Origin: a plasmid
Sequence record: NZ_CP145916.1
Strand: one strand, 5' to 3'
Length of the DNA stretch: 64,000 bases
Shown here: in pieces, positions 39,790-51,086 of the stretch
Layout of the letters: the number at the start of each line of letters is the position of its first letter
Numbering within the stretch: position 1 is the stretch's first letter
Notes under the pieces: generated by a model
What the model was told of the DNA's origin: nothing
The model's database searches: none
What the model saw: the letters and a program-made list of their open reading frames with translations, nothing else
Translations under genes and position numbers: made by a program

Positions 39790-41331
39790 ATGTCGCTGGC
39801 AAGGAACGCCACGGCGAGTCAATCGCCCACTCAAACAAACGGTTACGAACGCCACCAACCCGACCAGACGCTGCTCTACCAGCTGGTTGAGCAGCACTAC
39901 CCAGCCTTCAAAGCCTCACTCGAAGCCCAAGGTCAACACCTGCCTCGCTACATCCAACAAGAATTCAACGACCTCCTCCAATGTGGCCGTCTGGAGTATG
40001 GTTTCATGCGGGTTCGCTGCGAGGATTGTCATCACGAGCGTCTGGTCGCCTTCAGCTGTAAACGACGCGGCTTTTGCCCTAGCTGCGGTGCCCGCCGGAT
40101 GGCCGAGAGTGCGGCGCTGCTGATAGACGAAGTCTTCCCCAAGGAGCCCATTCGCCAGTGGGTGCTCAGCTTTCCTTTCCAGCTACGCTTTTTGCTGGCT
40201 CGCCATCCCCAGCTGATGGGCCAGGTCTTGAGTATCGTCTATCGTACACTCTCAACTCATCTGATCAAAAAAGCCGGTTACACCAAAGCCTCTGCACAAA
40301 CTGGCTCAGTGACTCTTATCCAACGCTTTGGCTCCGCGCTAAATCTCAATGTCCACTACCACATGCTGTTTCTCGATGGTGTCTATGCCGAAGATGACTA
40401 TGGCAAGCAACGCTTCCATCGTGTCAAGGCACCCACTTACGATGAGCTGAATACGCTCGCTCACACCCTCAGCCATCGCATCGCTCGCTGCATGGAAAAG
40501 CGTGGGATTTTGGAGCGTGATGCCGAGAATACGTGGTTGACACTGGAAGAGGGCGAAGACGATACGCTGACTCAATTACATGGTGCTTCGGTTACGTATC
40601 GCATTGCCGTCGGCCCCCAGCAAGGGCGCAAAGTCTTCACCCTGCAAACCTTGCCAGGGCGTGAGGATAAAGCCGACTCAAGCAGTCGAGTAGCCAACCA
40701 TGCTGGTTTCTCGCTACACGCCGGTGTGATGGCCGAAGCGCATCAGCGGGATAAGCTTGAGCGCTTGTGTCGCTACATTAGTCGGCCAGCGGTTTCAGAA
40801 AAACGTCTGGCATTAACCGCCAATGGGCAGGTGCGTTACGAGCTCAAAACTCCGTACCGCAATGGCACCACCCATGTGATCTTCGAGCCGCTGGACTTCA
40901 TCGCCAAACTCGCTGCGTTGGTACCTAAGCCGCGAGTCAACCTCACACGCTTCCACGGCGTCTTTGCACCGAACAGCAAACACCGAGTTCAAGTAACACC
41001 CGCCAAGCGGGGCAAGAAGCCCGACAAATCGGAAGGTCTCGATACTAACTGGCGTGACAAGAGTCCTGCAGAGCGCCACCGCGCCATGACCTGGATGCAA
41101 CGCCTCAAGCGGGTCTTCAATATTGATATTGAAGTCTGCGAACACTGCGGCGGTCACGTCAAAGTGATTGCCAGCATCGAAGATCCGAAGGTCATTGAGC
41201 AGATTCTCAAGCATCTGAAACAGAAAACAGCCAAGGCGAATGCCGCCAAGCAGCGTGAGCTGCCACCAGAACGAGCGCCGCCACTGACTCCCAGCCTGTT
41301 CGATCCATCACAGAGTCGTCTCTTTGACTGA
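39790..41331 (+). CDS. ISCR1 rolling-circle transposase (Orf513, IS91 family)
   Basis: 513 aa. Zn-finger CEDCHHERLVAFSCKRRGFCPSCGARRM and HUH-type motifs. Lies directly downstream of sul1, as in complex class 1 integrons. Confidence 0.93.
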   Translation: MSLARNATASQSPTQTNGYERHQPDQTLLYQLVEQHYPAFKASLEAQGQHLPRYIQQEFNDLLQCGRLEYGFMRVRCEDCHHERLVAFSCKRRGFCPSCGARRMAESAALLIDEVFPKEPIRQWVLSFPFQLRFLLARHPQLMGQVLSIVYRTLSTHLIKKAGYTKASAQTGSVTLIQRFGSALNLNVHYHMLFLDGVYAEDDYGKQRFHRVKAPTYDELNTLAHTLSHRIARCMEKRGILERDAENTWLTLEEGEDDTLTQLHGASVTYRIAVGPQQGRKVFTLQTLPGREDKADSSSRVANHAGFSLHAGVMAEAHQRDKLERLCRYISRPAVSEKRLALTANGQVRYELKTPYRNGTTHVIFEPLDFIAKLAALVPKPRVNLTRFHGVFAPNSKHRVQVTPAKRGKKPDKSEGLDTNWRDKSPAERHRAMTWMQRLKRVFNIDIEVCEHCGGHVKVIASIEDPKVIEQILKHLKQKTAKANAAKQRELPPERAPPLTPSLFDPSQSRLFD

Positions 41332-41543
41332 CGACCCCAAATCCAACACTGCTCAACACTGCCAACTTTTAAACGGGGCGGTGGGGCAGTTTGTATCTCT
41401 CGAGCTATCAGGCTAGAGATTTTACCGCCAAATCGAACCTTATTAGAGCGGTTTAGGCTGGACCGGCAGTTAAAATTGGGGCTTGAGCGGTAAACGAGTG
41501 AGGGAATTTCAGGTAAGATACTTCGGATGAGGAGCAAAAAGGT

Positions 41544-41563
41544 GGTTTATACTTCCTATACCC
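41544..41563 (+). repeat. ISCR1 oriIS, copy 1 (GGTTTATACTTCCTATACCC)
   Basis: Characteristic ISCR1 terminus ~210 bp after the orf513 stop. Confidence 0.8.
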
Positions 41564-42710
41564 CATCGTGTCAAGGCACCCACTTACGATGAGCTGAATA
41601 CGCTCGCTCACACCCTCAGCCATCGCATCGCTCGCTGCATGGAAAAGCGTGGGATTTTGGAGCGTGATGCCGAGAATACGTGGTTGACACTGGAAGAGGG
41701 CGAAGACGATACGCTGACTCAATTACATGGTGCTTCGGTTACGTATCGCATTGCCGTCGGCCCCCAGCAAGGGCGCAAAGTCTTCACCCTGCAAACCTTG
41801 CCAGGGCGTGAGGATAAAGCCGACTCAAGCAGTCGAGTAGCCAACCATGCTGGTTTCTCGCTACACGCCGGTGTGATGGCCGAAGCGCATCAGCGGGATA
41901 AGCTTGAGCGCTTGTGTCGCTACATTAGTCGGCCAGCGGTTTCAGAAAAACGTCTGGCATTAACCGCCAATGGGCAGGTGCGTTACGAGCTCAAAACTCC
42001 GTACCGCAATGGCACCACCCATGTGATCTTCGAGCCGCTGGACTTCATCGCCAAACTCGCTGCGTTGGTACCTAAGCCGCGAGTCAACCTCACACGCTTC
42101 CACGGCGTCTTTGCACCGAACAGCAAACACCGAGTTCAAGTAACACCCGCCAAGCGGGGCAAGAAGCCCGACAAATCGGAAGGTCTCGATACTAACTGGC
42201 GTGACAAGAGTCCTGCAGAGCGCCACCGCGCCATGACCTGGATGCAACGCCTCAAGCGGGTCTTCAATATTGATATTGAAGTCTGCGAACACTGCGGCGG
42301 TCACGTCAAAGTGATTGCCAGCATCGAAGATCCGAAGGTCATTGAGCAGATTCTCAAGCATCTGAAACAGAAAACAGCCAAGGCGAATGCCGCCAAGCAG
42401 CGTGAGCTGCCACCAGAACGAGCGCCGCCACTGACTCCCAGCCTGTTCGATCCATCACAGAGTCGTCTCTTTGACTGACGACCCCAAATCCAACACTGCT
42501 CAACACTGCCAACTTTTAAACGGGGCGGTGGGGCAGTTTGTATCTCTCGAGCTATCAGGCTAGAGATTTTACCGCCAAATCGAACCTTATTAGAGCGGTT
42601 TAGGCTGGACCGGCAGTTAAAATTGGGGCTTGAGCGGTAAACGAGTGAGGGAATTTCAGGTAAGATACTTCGGATGAGGAGCAAAAAGGTGGTTTATACT
42701 TCCTATACCC
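41564..42710 (+). mobile_element. Tandem partial duplicate of ISCR1 (3' 1147 bp: delta-orf513 plus a second oriIS at 42691-42710)
   Basis: 41564-42710 is an exact repeat of 40417-41563. ORF 41639..42478 duplicates the C-terminal 279 aa of Orf513. Confidence 0.9.
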
Positions 42711-42714
42711 CTGG

Positions 42715-43551
42715 ATGGACGAACAAGCCATTAAGCAGTGGCATTGCCTGGTCCACCATGGCCGCCGAGGGAGAGGTTTCCACTACAGTGACACCGCCAT
42801 TGAGACGGCCCTGATGCTAAAAGGCTTGTTCAAGTTGCCGCTGCGGGCGCTAGAAGGCTTCATTAACTCGTTGTTCCAACTGATGGCGGTGCCTTTGCAG
42901 TCGCCGGACTATAGCTGTATCAGCAAGCGCGCCAAGACCGTCGACATCAAGTACCGCCTCCCCAGCCAAGGCCCGGTGGCTCACTTGGTCATTGATGCCA
43001 CCGGCCTCAAGGTCTATGGCGAAGGCGAATGGAAAATTCGCAAACACGGCAAGGAGAAGCGACGAGTGTGGCGCAAGCTCCACTTGGCGGTGGATGCCAC
43101 AACCCATGCGGTCATCGCTGCCGAAGTCAGCCTGGAGACGGTGGCGGATAACGAGGTGTTACCGACGTTGCTCAACCCCTTACGACGCAAGATAAAACAG
43201 GTCAGCGCCGATGGTGCGTATGACACCAAGGCCTGTCATGCGCTACTGAAGAAAAAGGGGGCGAAAGCCACCATACCGCCGAGAAAAAATGCGGCACCGT
43301 GGGAGGAAGGCCATCCCCGCAACGAGGCGGTGACGGCGCTCAAGGCCGGTGAACTGAAGCAATGGAAGAAAGACTCCGGCTATCACCAGCGCTCGATAGC
43401 CGAGACCGCCATGTACCGGTTCAAGCAACTCATCGGGCCAACGCTGAGCCTGCGGAACTACAACGCCCAGGTGGGCGAAATCCTGGCTGGCGTGAAGGTG
43501 ATGAACAAGCTGATAGGGCTTGGTATGCCTGTTCGCCAGCCAGTGAATTGA
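42715..43551 (+). CDS. IS5-family transposase (ISEc28-like, tnpU of the armA region)
   Basis: 278-aa DDE transposase immediately after oriIS. This is the position ISEc28 occupies in Tn1548-type armA regions. Confidence 0.75.
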   Translation: MDEQAIKQWHCLVHHGRRGRGFHYSDTAIETALMLKGLFKLPLRALEGFINSLFQLMAVPLQSPDYSCISKRAKTVDIKYRLPSQGPVAHLVIDATGLKVYGEGEWKIRKHGKEKRRVWRKLHLAVDATTHAVIAAEVSLETVADNEVLPTLLNPLRRKIKQVSADGAYDTKACHALLKKKGAKATIPPRKNAAPWEEGHPRNEAVTALKAGELKQWKKDSGYHQRSIAETAMYRFKQLIGPTLSLRNYNAQVGEILAGVKVMNKLIGLGMPVRQPVN

Positions 43552-43876
43552 GTGGTATCAACGGGTTGGGGAACGGCCATCCAGCGACGGATTTGGTCAA
43601 CAACGCCGATAACACCTCGAAATCGGAGTTTATATGGCTTCGTGGGGGAGTTATGTGTTTGAGCTTTGTCGCATTAACGCGAATCAGGGGTTGACGGCAG
43701 AAATGGACTGGAATTACACTTCTTAGAGTCGGCGTTGCCGGAAAATTCTGATTGGATTAGTTGTTCGGGGTGCGAAAACAGTCGTAGTTCGGGGGAAAAA
43801 CCGAATTTTGACCCGAAACCGCAAAAAACCCGAAATGACAGTTCCTATCAAATACTTAACTTGTAGGTTCTTTCAA

Positions 43877-44650
43877 ATGGATAAGAATGATGTTGTTAAG
43901 AAGATACTTGAATCAAAAAAGTACGAAAACCTTGATTCAGATATTGTTGAAAAGGTTGTTTCCATTTCTGAGAAGAAATATAAATTAAAGGAAGTTGAGA
44001 ATTATTCTAAAAAGAAATTGCATCAAATATGGGGGTCTTACTATTCTGCCTATCCTAATTGGGATAAATTATTAAAAAAGTACAATCAGGGGCAGTTATC
44101 AATAGAAGATTTACTAAAGATTCATTCTTCGACGAATGAAAGAGTCGCAACATTAAATGACTTTTACACTTATGTATTTGGAAATATCAAACATGTCTCA
44201 TCTATTTTAGATTTTGGTTGTGGCTTCAATCCATTAGCTTTATACCAATGGAATGAAAATGAAAAAATAATATATCATGCATACGATATTGATAGAGCTG
44301 AGATAGCTTTTTTGAGTAGCATTATTGGGAAGTTAAAGACGACGATAAAGTATAGGTTTTTGAATAAAGAGAGTGATGTCTACAAAGGTACTTATGATGT
44401 AGTATTCCTTTTAAAGATGCTTCCTGTGCTAAAACAGCAAGATGTAAATATCTTGGATTTCCTACAGCTTTTTCATACTCAAAACTTTGTAATATCTTTT
44501 CCAATAAAGTCTTTATCTGGAAAGGAGAAGGGAATGGAAGAGAATTACCAGCTATGGTTTGAATCTTTTACAAAAGGTTGGATAAAAATCCTTGATTCGA
44601 AGGTTATAGGGAATGAGTTAGTATATATTACTAGTGGATTTCAGAAATAA
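43877..44650 (+). CDS. armA: 16S rRNA (guanine1405-N7)-methyltransferase ArmA
   Basis: MDKNDVVKKILESKKYENLDSDIVEKVVSISEKKYKLKEVENYSKKKLHQIWGSYYSAYPNWDKLL… 257 aa. The ORF track's 43808 start is too far upstream. Confidence 0.95.
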   Translation: MDKNDVVKKILESKKYENLDSDIVEKVVSISEKKYKLKEVENYSKKKLHQIWGSYYSAYPNWDKLLKKYNQGQLSIEDLLKIHSSTNERVATLNDFYTYVFGNIKHVSSILDFGCGFNPLALYQWNENEKIIYHAYDIDRAEIAFLSSIIGKLKTTIKYRFLNKESDVYKGTYDVVFLLKMLPVLKQQDVNILDFLQLFHTQNFVISFPIKSLSGKEKGMEENYQLWFESFTKGWIKILDSKVIGNELVYITSGFQK

Positions 44651-45365
44651 CTCCGCCTCCAAGGCACTCATTTTCTTGGAAAAGTACTAAACTCTGTCCA
44701 ACGGCTGGAGCCCATTGTGGTGCAGAAAATTCAAATATATATCCATTTTCATTCTGGGTTACTTTTACTGGTGTATCCTGACTTCTATAACGGATAGATG
44801 CTGTATAGTTATTATTAAGTAATGAAGTTTCGTTTATCAAGTGCAATTCTGAAACACTTACTATGTTTTTCCAAAGTTTTGGATTATCTTTTCCTTGGAC
44901 AACATAGAGGATATTTTGAGGAAAAGATAGGTTTCAACTACAGTTTAGAAGGTTAAAAACAAATGCATGCATGGCTCAAAAGCAATCTAGGGAAGGTGCG
45001 AATAAGCGGGGAAATTCTTCTCGGCTGACTCAGTCATTTCATTTTTTCCTGTTTGAGCCGTTTTTTCTCCCGTAAATGCACTGTATACCGATATGGGCAG
45101 GGCGAAGCGCTAAAGTACAACAATCTTATTGTTAGCTATTGTCTTGGCGTTCCAGAAAATCTTTAAACTCAATAGTATAAAGCCGTAACAGCACCATGGT
45201 TAACGCAAAAATAATTGGCCCATAAATCAAACCAATTAAACCAAAGAGTTGCAAACCACCTGAGGTATCCCCAGAAATTCTGTAGTTAAAATAAAATGTT
45301 AGTTGATTGGGGAACATTCATGGCGGTTCCTGATCTGATCATTCGCCAAAACTCCCACACCGCGG

Positions 45366-46550
45366 ATGCTCACCATGAATGTAAAAGCTATGCTCGCTGA
45401 TTTCCTCACCTTTGTCACGCCAAAATCAATGCATAAAGCCCGATTTTCGGTTTTGCTAGATGCGGTAACCGCCCTGGCAAAGGATGCGTGTTGCACCGTT
45501 ACTGCGATTGGCCGGGCGATGCCTGGCTCTTCAGATAAGGTCAGTATCAAACGGGCAGATCGTCTACTCAATAATCCTAACCTGCAACGAGAGCTGCCAT
45601 TGATTTATGCTGCGCTGACGGCTTCTATTGTTGGCCATAAAACTAAGCCGATGATTTTGGTTGACTGGAGCAATGCCGATACTGCCAAGCGACACTTTAT
45701 CCTGCGTGCCAGCATTGCCGCTGACGGTAGAGCGTTGACTCTGCTACAGAAGATTGCCGCCGCAGAAGATTATACCTGCCCACACCTACACGGGGCGTTT
45801 TTAAAGCAGCTTAAAGCCATGCTACCCAAGGACTGTAAGCCCGTAATTGTCACTGACGCGGGGTTTAAAGTTCCATGGCTGAAACAAGTGCGTAAGCTGG
45901 GATGGCATTATGTAGCTAGAGTTCGAGGCAATGTGAAGCTTAAATTGGCAGAGCAGGACAAGTTTATCAGTGTTAATCAGCTTTATCGGCAAGCGAAGAA
46001 GGATCCAAAAAGTGTAGGAAAAATCATGCTTGCCCAAACACAACACTATGAAACGCAGGCCGTCCTGGTTGGCAAAGGTTATAAGCTATTGAAACGCGAT
46101 AAAAATAAGACGTATAAGGAACCATGGTTGTTGGTGTCATCCTTAGCTGACTGCCATGGGTATGCGGATAAAATTGCTAAGTGCTACAGTAGCCGAATGC
46201 AAATTGAAGAAAGCTTCCGTGATCAGAAAAGTCACCGCTATGGCCTGGGTAGCGATTTGCATGGTACCAAGAAGAAATCTCGCTTAGAGATACTGCTACT
46301 ACTGGCCGCATTGGTTAATTGGTTTCATTACCTGCTAGGTAGCGCAGCGGAGAAAGCGGGTTTGCACCTGCGTTATCAAGCTAACACCGTTAAAAATAGG
46401 CGGGTATTGGCCCTGAATTTCCTTGGGATATTACTTTGCAAAGAACCCAAACAGCGAATACGCAGGCAATATTATCAGCAGGGACTTAAACAAATACTAC
46501 AGTGGGTGGTTCAGTGGGACTGGGCAGTAATCAAACAGGCTGATAGCTGA
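45366..46550 (+). CDS. IS4-family transposase (ISEc29-like, tnpD of the armA region)
   Basis: 394-aa DDE transposase downstream of armA. Confidence 0.75.
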   Translation: MLTMNVKAMLADFLTFVTPKSMHKARFSVLLDAVTALAKDACCTVTAIGRAMPGSSDKVSIKRADRLLNNPNLQRELPLIYAALTASIVGHKTKPMILVDWSNADTAKRHFILRASIAADGRALTLLQKIAAAEDYTCPHLHGAFLKQLKAMLPKDCKPVIVTDAGFKVPWLKQVRKLGWHYVARVRGNVKLKLAEQDKFISVNQLYRQAKKDPKSVGKIMLAQTQHYETQAVLVGKGYKLLKRDKNKTYKEPWLLVSSLADCHGYADKIAKCYSSRMQIEESFRDQKSHRYGLGSDLHGTKKKSRLEILLLLAALVNWFHYLLGSAAEKAGLHLRYQANTVKNRRVLALNFLGILLCKEPKQRIRRQYYQQGLKQILQWVVQWDWAVIKQADS

Positions 46551-46948
46551 TTGTATGAATGGAAATTTTGTGGGGATCCCTCAGGTTGTCTAGACTTCTT
46601 TTAACAGTAAAGTTATCATAAAACTGAATTTTATTTTTTAGGTAAGTTTATGCATTCTATCCGCATTCGTTAAGACACAACTATTTGCATAGTGACACTA
46701 TTTTATAATGGTGGGCTTTTGTTGTGTCTTTAAGAATATATGCGGATATATAAAGTAAAAGTATGCTTAATTTATAAGTATGCTTTTAGTGCATAGTTTC
46801 CAGTTATAACTTAATTGACTAGCTATTTGTCCACCCTGTGGATGAATAGCTTTTTTTTTGGGAGGACACTGTGATGCTAGCTTTTGTTTTCACCTAAATC
46901 CTGTTTGCTGCATAAAAAATTTCAAGAGCTAAACAGGAGTAAATAAAA

Positions 46949-48424
46949 ATGAGTTTAATTATTAAAGCGAGAAACATACGCTTGGATTATGCTGGGCGTG
47001 ATGTTTTGGATATTGATGAATTGGAAATTCACTCTTATGACCGTATTGGTCTTGTGGGTGATAACGGAGCAGGAAAGAGTAGTTTACTCAAAGTACTTAA
47101 TGGCGAAATTGTTTTAGCCGAAGCGACATTACAGCGTTTTGGTGATTTTGCACATATCAGCCAACTGGGCGGAATCGAAATAGAAACGGTCGAAGACCGG
47201 GCAATGTTATCTCGCCTTGGTGTTTCCAATGTACAAAACGACACAATGAGTGGCGGAGAGGAAACTCGTGCAAAAATTGCTGCCGCATTTTCCCAACAAG
47301 TACATGGCATTCTAGCGGATGAACCAACCAGCCACCTTGATCTCAATGGAATAGATCTACTTATTGGTCAACTTAAAGCATTTGATGGAGCATTACTTGT
47401 TATCAGTCATGACCGATATTTTCTTGATATGGTTGTAGACAAGATATGGGAGTTAAAAGACGGTAAAATTACGGAATATTGGGGTGGTTACTCGGATTAC
47501 TTGCGTCAAAAAGAAGAAGAGCGACAACACCAAGCCGTAGAATATGAGCTGATGATGAAGGAACGGGAGCGATTAGAATCTGCTGTGCAAGAAAAACGCC
47601 AGCAAGCTAATCGATTAGACAATAAGAAAAAAGGAGAAAAATCCAAAAACTCTACCGAAAGTGCTGGACGACTTGGGCATGCAAAAATGACTGGCACCAA
47701 GCAAAGAAAACTGTATCAGGCAGCTAAGAGTATGGAAAAGCGTTTGGCTGCATTAGAAGATATTCAAGCACCAGAGCATTTGCGTTCTATTCGTTTTCGT
47801 CAAAGTTCAGCCCTAGAACTGCACAATAAGTTCCCGATTACGGCAGATGGTCTGAGCTTAAAATTTGGTAGCCGTACTATCTTTGATGACGCTAACTTTA
47901 TAATACCGCTTGGCGCTAAAGTCGCTATAACTGGATCGAATGGAACAGGGAAAACGTCCTTGTTAAAAATGATATCAGAACGTGCTGATGGATTAACCAT
48001 ATCTCCAAAAGCTGAAATTGGCTACTTTACACAAACAGGATATAAATTTAACACGCATAAATCTGTGCTCTCCTTTATGCAGGAAGAGTGCGAGTACACA
48101 GTTGCGGAAATTCGTGCAGTATTGGCTTCAATGGGGATCGGAGCGAATGATATTCAAAAAAACTTATCCGACTTATCGGGAGGTGAAATCATCAAACTGC
48201 TTTTATCCAAAATGCTTTTAGGAAAATATAATATTTTGCTTATGGATGAACCAGGAAACTATCTTGACCTAAAAAGTATTGCCGCATTAGAAACAATGAT
48301 GAAGTCCTATGCAGGAACTATTATCTTCGTATCTCATGACAAGCAATTGGTCGATAATATTGCTGACATTATCTACGAGATCAAAGACCACAAAATCATC
48401 AAGACTTTTGAGAGAGATTGTTAA
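46949..48424 (+). CDS. msr(E): ABC-F ribosomal protection protein Msr(E)
   Basis: Two ABC domains (GDNGAGKSS…; GSNGTGKTS…), 491 aa, matches Msr(E). Confidence 0.93.
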   Translation: MSLIIKARNIRLDYAGRDVLDIDELEIHSYDRIGLVGDNGAGKSSLLKVLNGEIVLAEATLQRFGDFAHISQLGGIEIETVEDRAMLSRLGVSNVQNDTMSGGEETRAKIAAAFSQQVHGILADEPTSHLDLNGIDLLIGQLKAFDGALLVISHDRYFLDMVVDKIWELKDGKITEYWGGYSDYLRQKEEERQHQAVEYELMMKERERLESAVQEKRQQANRLDNKKKGEKSKNSTESAGRLGHAKMTGTKQRKLYQAAKSMEKRLAALEDIQAPEHLRSIRFRQSSALELHNKFPITADGLSLKFGSRTIFDDANFIIPLGAKVAITGSNGTGKTSLLKMISERADGLTISPKAEIGYFTQTGYKFNTHKSVLSFMQEECEYTVAEIRAVLASMGIGANDIQKNLSDLSGGEIIKLLLSKMLLGKYNILLMDEPGNYLDLKSIAALETMMKSYAGTIIFVSHDKQLVDNIADIIYEIKDHKIIKTFERDC

Positions 48425-48479
48425 TGATAGCCAATCTAATCCGAACATTAATTATTGAACTCTTTAAAGGAAATTAAAA

Positions 48480-49364
48480 ATGACAATTCAAGATATTCAA
48501 TCACTTGCTGAAGCACACGGCTTGTTGCTTACGGACAAAATGAATTTCAATGAAATGGGCATTGATTTTAAGGTCGTTTTTGCTCTTGATACAAAGGGGC
48601 AACAATGGTTGCTGCGTATTCCTCGTCGTGATGGCATGAGGGAACAAATCAAGAAAGAAAAACGCATTTTAGAATTGGTAAAAAAACATCTTTCTGTAGA
48701 GGTTCCTGATTGGAGAATTTCATCTACAGAATTAGTGGCTTATCCCATACTTAAAGATAATCCTGTTTTAAATTTGGATGCTGAAACCTATGAAATAATT
48801 TGGAATATGGACAAAGATAGCCCGAAATACATAACATCTTTGGCAAAAACCTTATTTGAAATCCATAGTATTCCTGAAAAAGAAGTTCGGGAAAATGATT
48901 TGAAAATTATGAAACCTTCAGATTTAAGACCTGAAATAGCAAACAATTTGCAGTTAGTAAAATCTGAAATTGGTATAAGTGAGCAATTGGAAACCCGCTA
49001 CAGAAAATGGTTGGATAATGATGTTCTATGGGCAGATTTCACCCAATTTATACATGGCGATTTATATGCTGGGCATGTACTAGCTTCAAAGGATGGAGCT
49101 GTTTCAGGCGTTATTGATTGGTCAACAGCCCATATAGATGACCCAGCGATTGATTTTGCTGGGCATGTAACTTTGTTTGGAGAAGAAAGCCTCAAAACTC
49201 TAATCATCGAGTATGAAAAACTAGGGGGTAAAGTTTGGAATAAACTATATGAACAGACTTTAGAAAGAGCAGCGGCCTCTCCTTTGATGTATGGTTTATT
49301 TGCCTTAGAAACTCAAAATGAAAGCCTTATCGTTGGAGCAAAAGCTCAGTTGGGAGTTATATAA
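48480..49364 (+). CDS. mph(E): Macrolide 2'-phosphotransferase Mph(E)
   Basis: MTIQDIQSLAEAHGLLLTDKMNFNEMGIDFKVVFALDTKGQQWLLRIPRR… 294 aa. Confidence 0.93.
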   Translation: MTIQDIQSLAEAHGLLLTDKMNFNEMGIDFKVVFALDTKGQQWLLRIPRRDGMREQIKKEKRILELVKKHLSVEVPDWRISSTELVAYPILKDNPVLNLDAETYEIIWNMDKDSPKYITSLAKTLFEIHSIPEKEVRENDLKIMKPSDLRPEIANNLQLVKSEIGISEQLETRYRKWLDNDVLWADFTQFIHGDLYAGHVLASKDGAVSGVIDWSTAHIDDPAIDFAGHVTLFGEESLKTLIIEYEKLGGKVWNKLYEQTLERAAASPLMYGLFALETQNESLIVGAKAQLGVI

Positions 49365-49722
49365 TTTAAAAATATGATTGCTGAGAACTGCCTTGTTTTG
49401 AAACTTGGTTGGCTTTAATTAGTTTTTAGTATTCTTTATAGAAAATGCCTCGATCAAGGGGCATTTCTAACAATCATTTAACATAAAATTTCTTATACGA
49501 AATGCTTGATATTTCTCTTTAAATATCATTATATTAACGTAAGCCGTTCTGGAGTATAGGGCACCAGAACGGCTTTTTATTGATTATTCATGTTCCACGA
49601 TCACTAATTGAGCGATGTTCCACGGTTTTATTCAGTTTTAATAAACATCATCCGGTTTTTTGAGGAGTCATTATTTCAAGTGCTTGCACTGAAATTGGCT
49701 CTTCAAAAAACTGGAGTCTTGG

Positions 49723-50265
49723 CTAACCATATGGAAGGAAAAAGCGGCTTAGGAAGCCTCTCTTCTTCTGTTCTGGTTCAACATGCTCCGGGATAGGAAT
49801 ACGCTTATTGTCTTGCTGAGGAGTAGTCAATTCGTCATAGTTCGTTGCTAGTTCCGACCGAGGATCCGTTGCTATATCCTGTTTAAAGCTCTGATCGGTA
49901 AAGGTAGTCATATTGGCTTTTGGTGCTTCTAGTAAGCGCTGCATAGCTTCAATCTGTTCTTGATAAAACGATTCACGTTCTAAAGATTGATTTTCTCTCT
50001 GTATTGCCTGATTTAATTGTTTTTCCAGTATGTCAACTTGACGTTTTAGTAAGTCAACTTCTGTCAAGTTTTGACTGTTAATTGATTGACTTTGATTGAC
50101 TGTATCCTCTTTTTTTTGTGGTTCCCCAAAAACTCTTAGGGCCTCTGAAAAGTCAATTAATCCATCAGATCCTTTAGATAAATTTCCTTTGTTTATATGT
50201 GCATATATGGCTTGTCTTGAATATCCATAAAGCTTAGCTAACTCTGAAACTGACAGTTTTTTCAT
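49723..50265 (-). CDS. HTH DNA-binding protein commonly linked to msr(E)-mph(E) in Acinetobacter modules
   Basis: N-terminal HTH MKKLSVSELAKLYGYSRQAIYAHINKGNL, then a coiled-coil/Gln-rich C-terminus. Confidence 0.6.
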   Translation of the reverse strand: MKKLSVSELAKLYGYSRQAIYAHINKGNLSKGSDGLIDFSEALRVFGEPQKKEDTVNQSQSINSQNLTEVDLLKRQVDILEKQLNQAIQRENQSLERESFYQEQIEAMQRLLEAPKANMTTFTDQSFKQDIATDPRSELATNYDELTTPQQDNKRIPIPEHVEPEQKKRGFLSRFFLPYG

Positions 50266-50331
50266 TATGTAAACCAGTTTTCAACTTGTGTTAATACCTG
50301 ACTGTTAACTTAACAATTTCAATTAACAATG

Positions 50332-51086
50332 TCATTGAAATCCTAATTTTCTGAGTAAAGGAAGTAATTCCTTAAATTTCTCTGCATCTTGCAGCATGGC
50401 AGCTATACGTACAGCAAACTGCTGATAGCTTTCTGTGCCTTGTGAATATTTACTCATCTCAGGAAGCTCTGAGAGCTTGTTGGCGAATAGATGGCGTTGT
50501 TTATCTGTTATTTTTGAAAAGAGGTCTAATGTATTCGGATCTCTTTTAGATTCGACTGAATGCGTGGCTGATTTTTTCTGTTTAAAGCTAAATGAAAAAC
50601 CAGTAATAGATCTACCTGTTTTATGCTGTTCAACTTTGACAATAATATCGGTATGTTCATTTACTTGTTTTAATGCAATGTCTAAAACATATTTTTTAAA
50701 ATCATACATTCGTTTGTATTCAGTCTCGAGTACACCTATTTTTTGTCTAAAATCATACATAGTTATGAGAGGCGTTTTTCCAGTACTACGCCATGCAATC
50801 AATATTTCATATAAACGAACAGCATAAGCACTTGTTAAATTACTTATTTGTTGTATTTCATACTTTGTAAATTGTTCTTCTAACCTAGTAATTAAAGGCA
50901 CAATAGCAGGGGCAAAAATAAGTCTAACGACAGCTTCATTATCAATATAAGCCACCTCGCTCACCCATCTTGATTTGTGATTAATAGTGTTACCTTTTTC
51001 ACTAAGACTCTGATAACTGAATTGTCTTGCAAACAAGTCATCGCAAGCATCTTTTAACGCCTGATAAGCCGTATTTCGATGTACAC
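50332..51086 (-). pseudogene. Rep_3-family plasmid replication initiator (RepAci-like), 5'-truncated by IS26
   Basis: Rep_3-like core (…LYEILIAWRSTGKTP…). The N-terminal part of the ORF runs into the IS26 IR, so the apparent start is an artefact. Confidence 0.7.

Noticed and set aside
41639-42478. Independent 279-aa gene
   Set aside because: It is an exact duplicate of the C-terminal part of ISCR1 orf513, i.e. a fragment within the tandem duplication and not a separate gene.
44631-44846. 71-aa antisense ORF at the armA 3' end
   Set aside because: It overlaps armA on the opposite strand, has no SD and no homology. Spurious.
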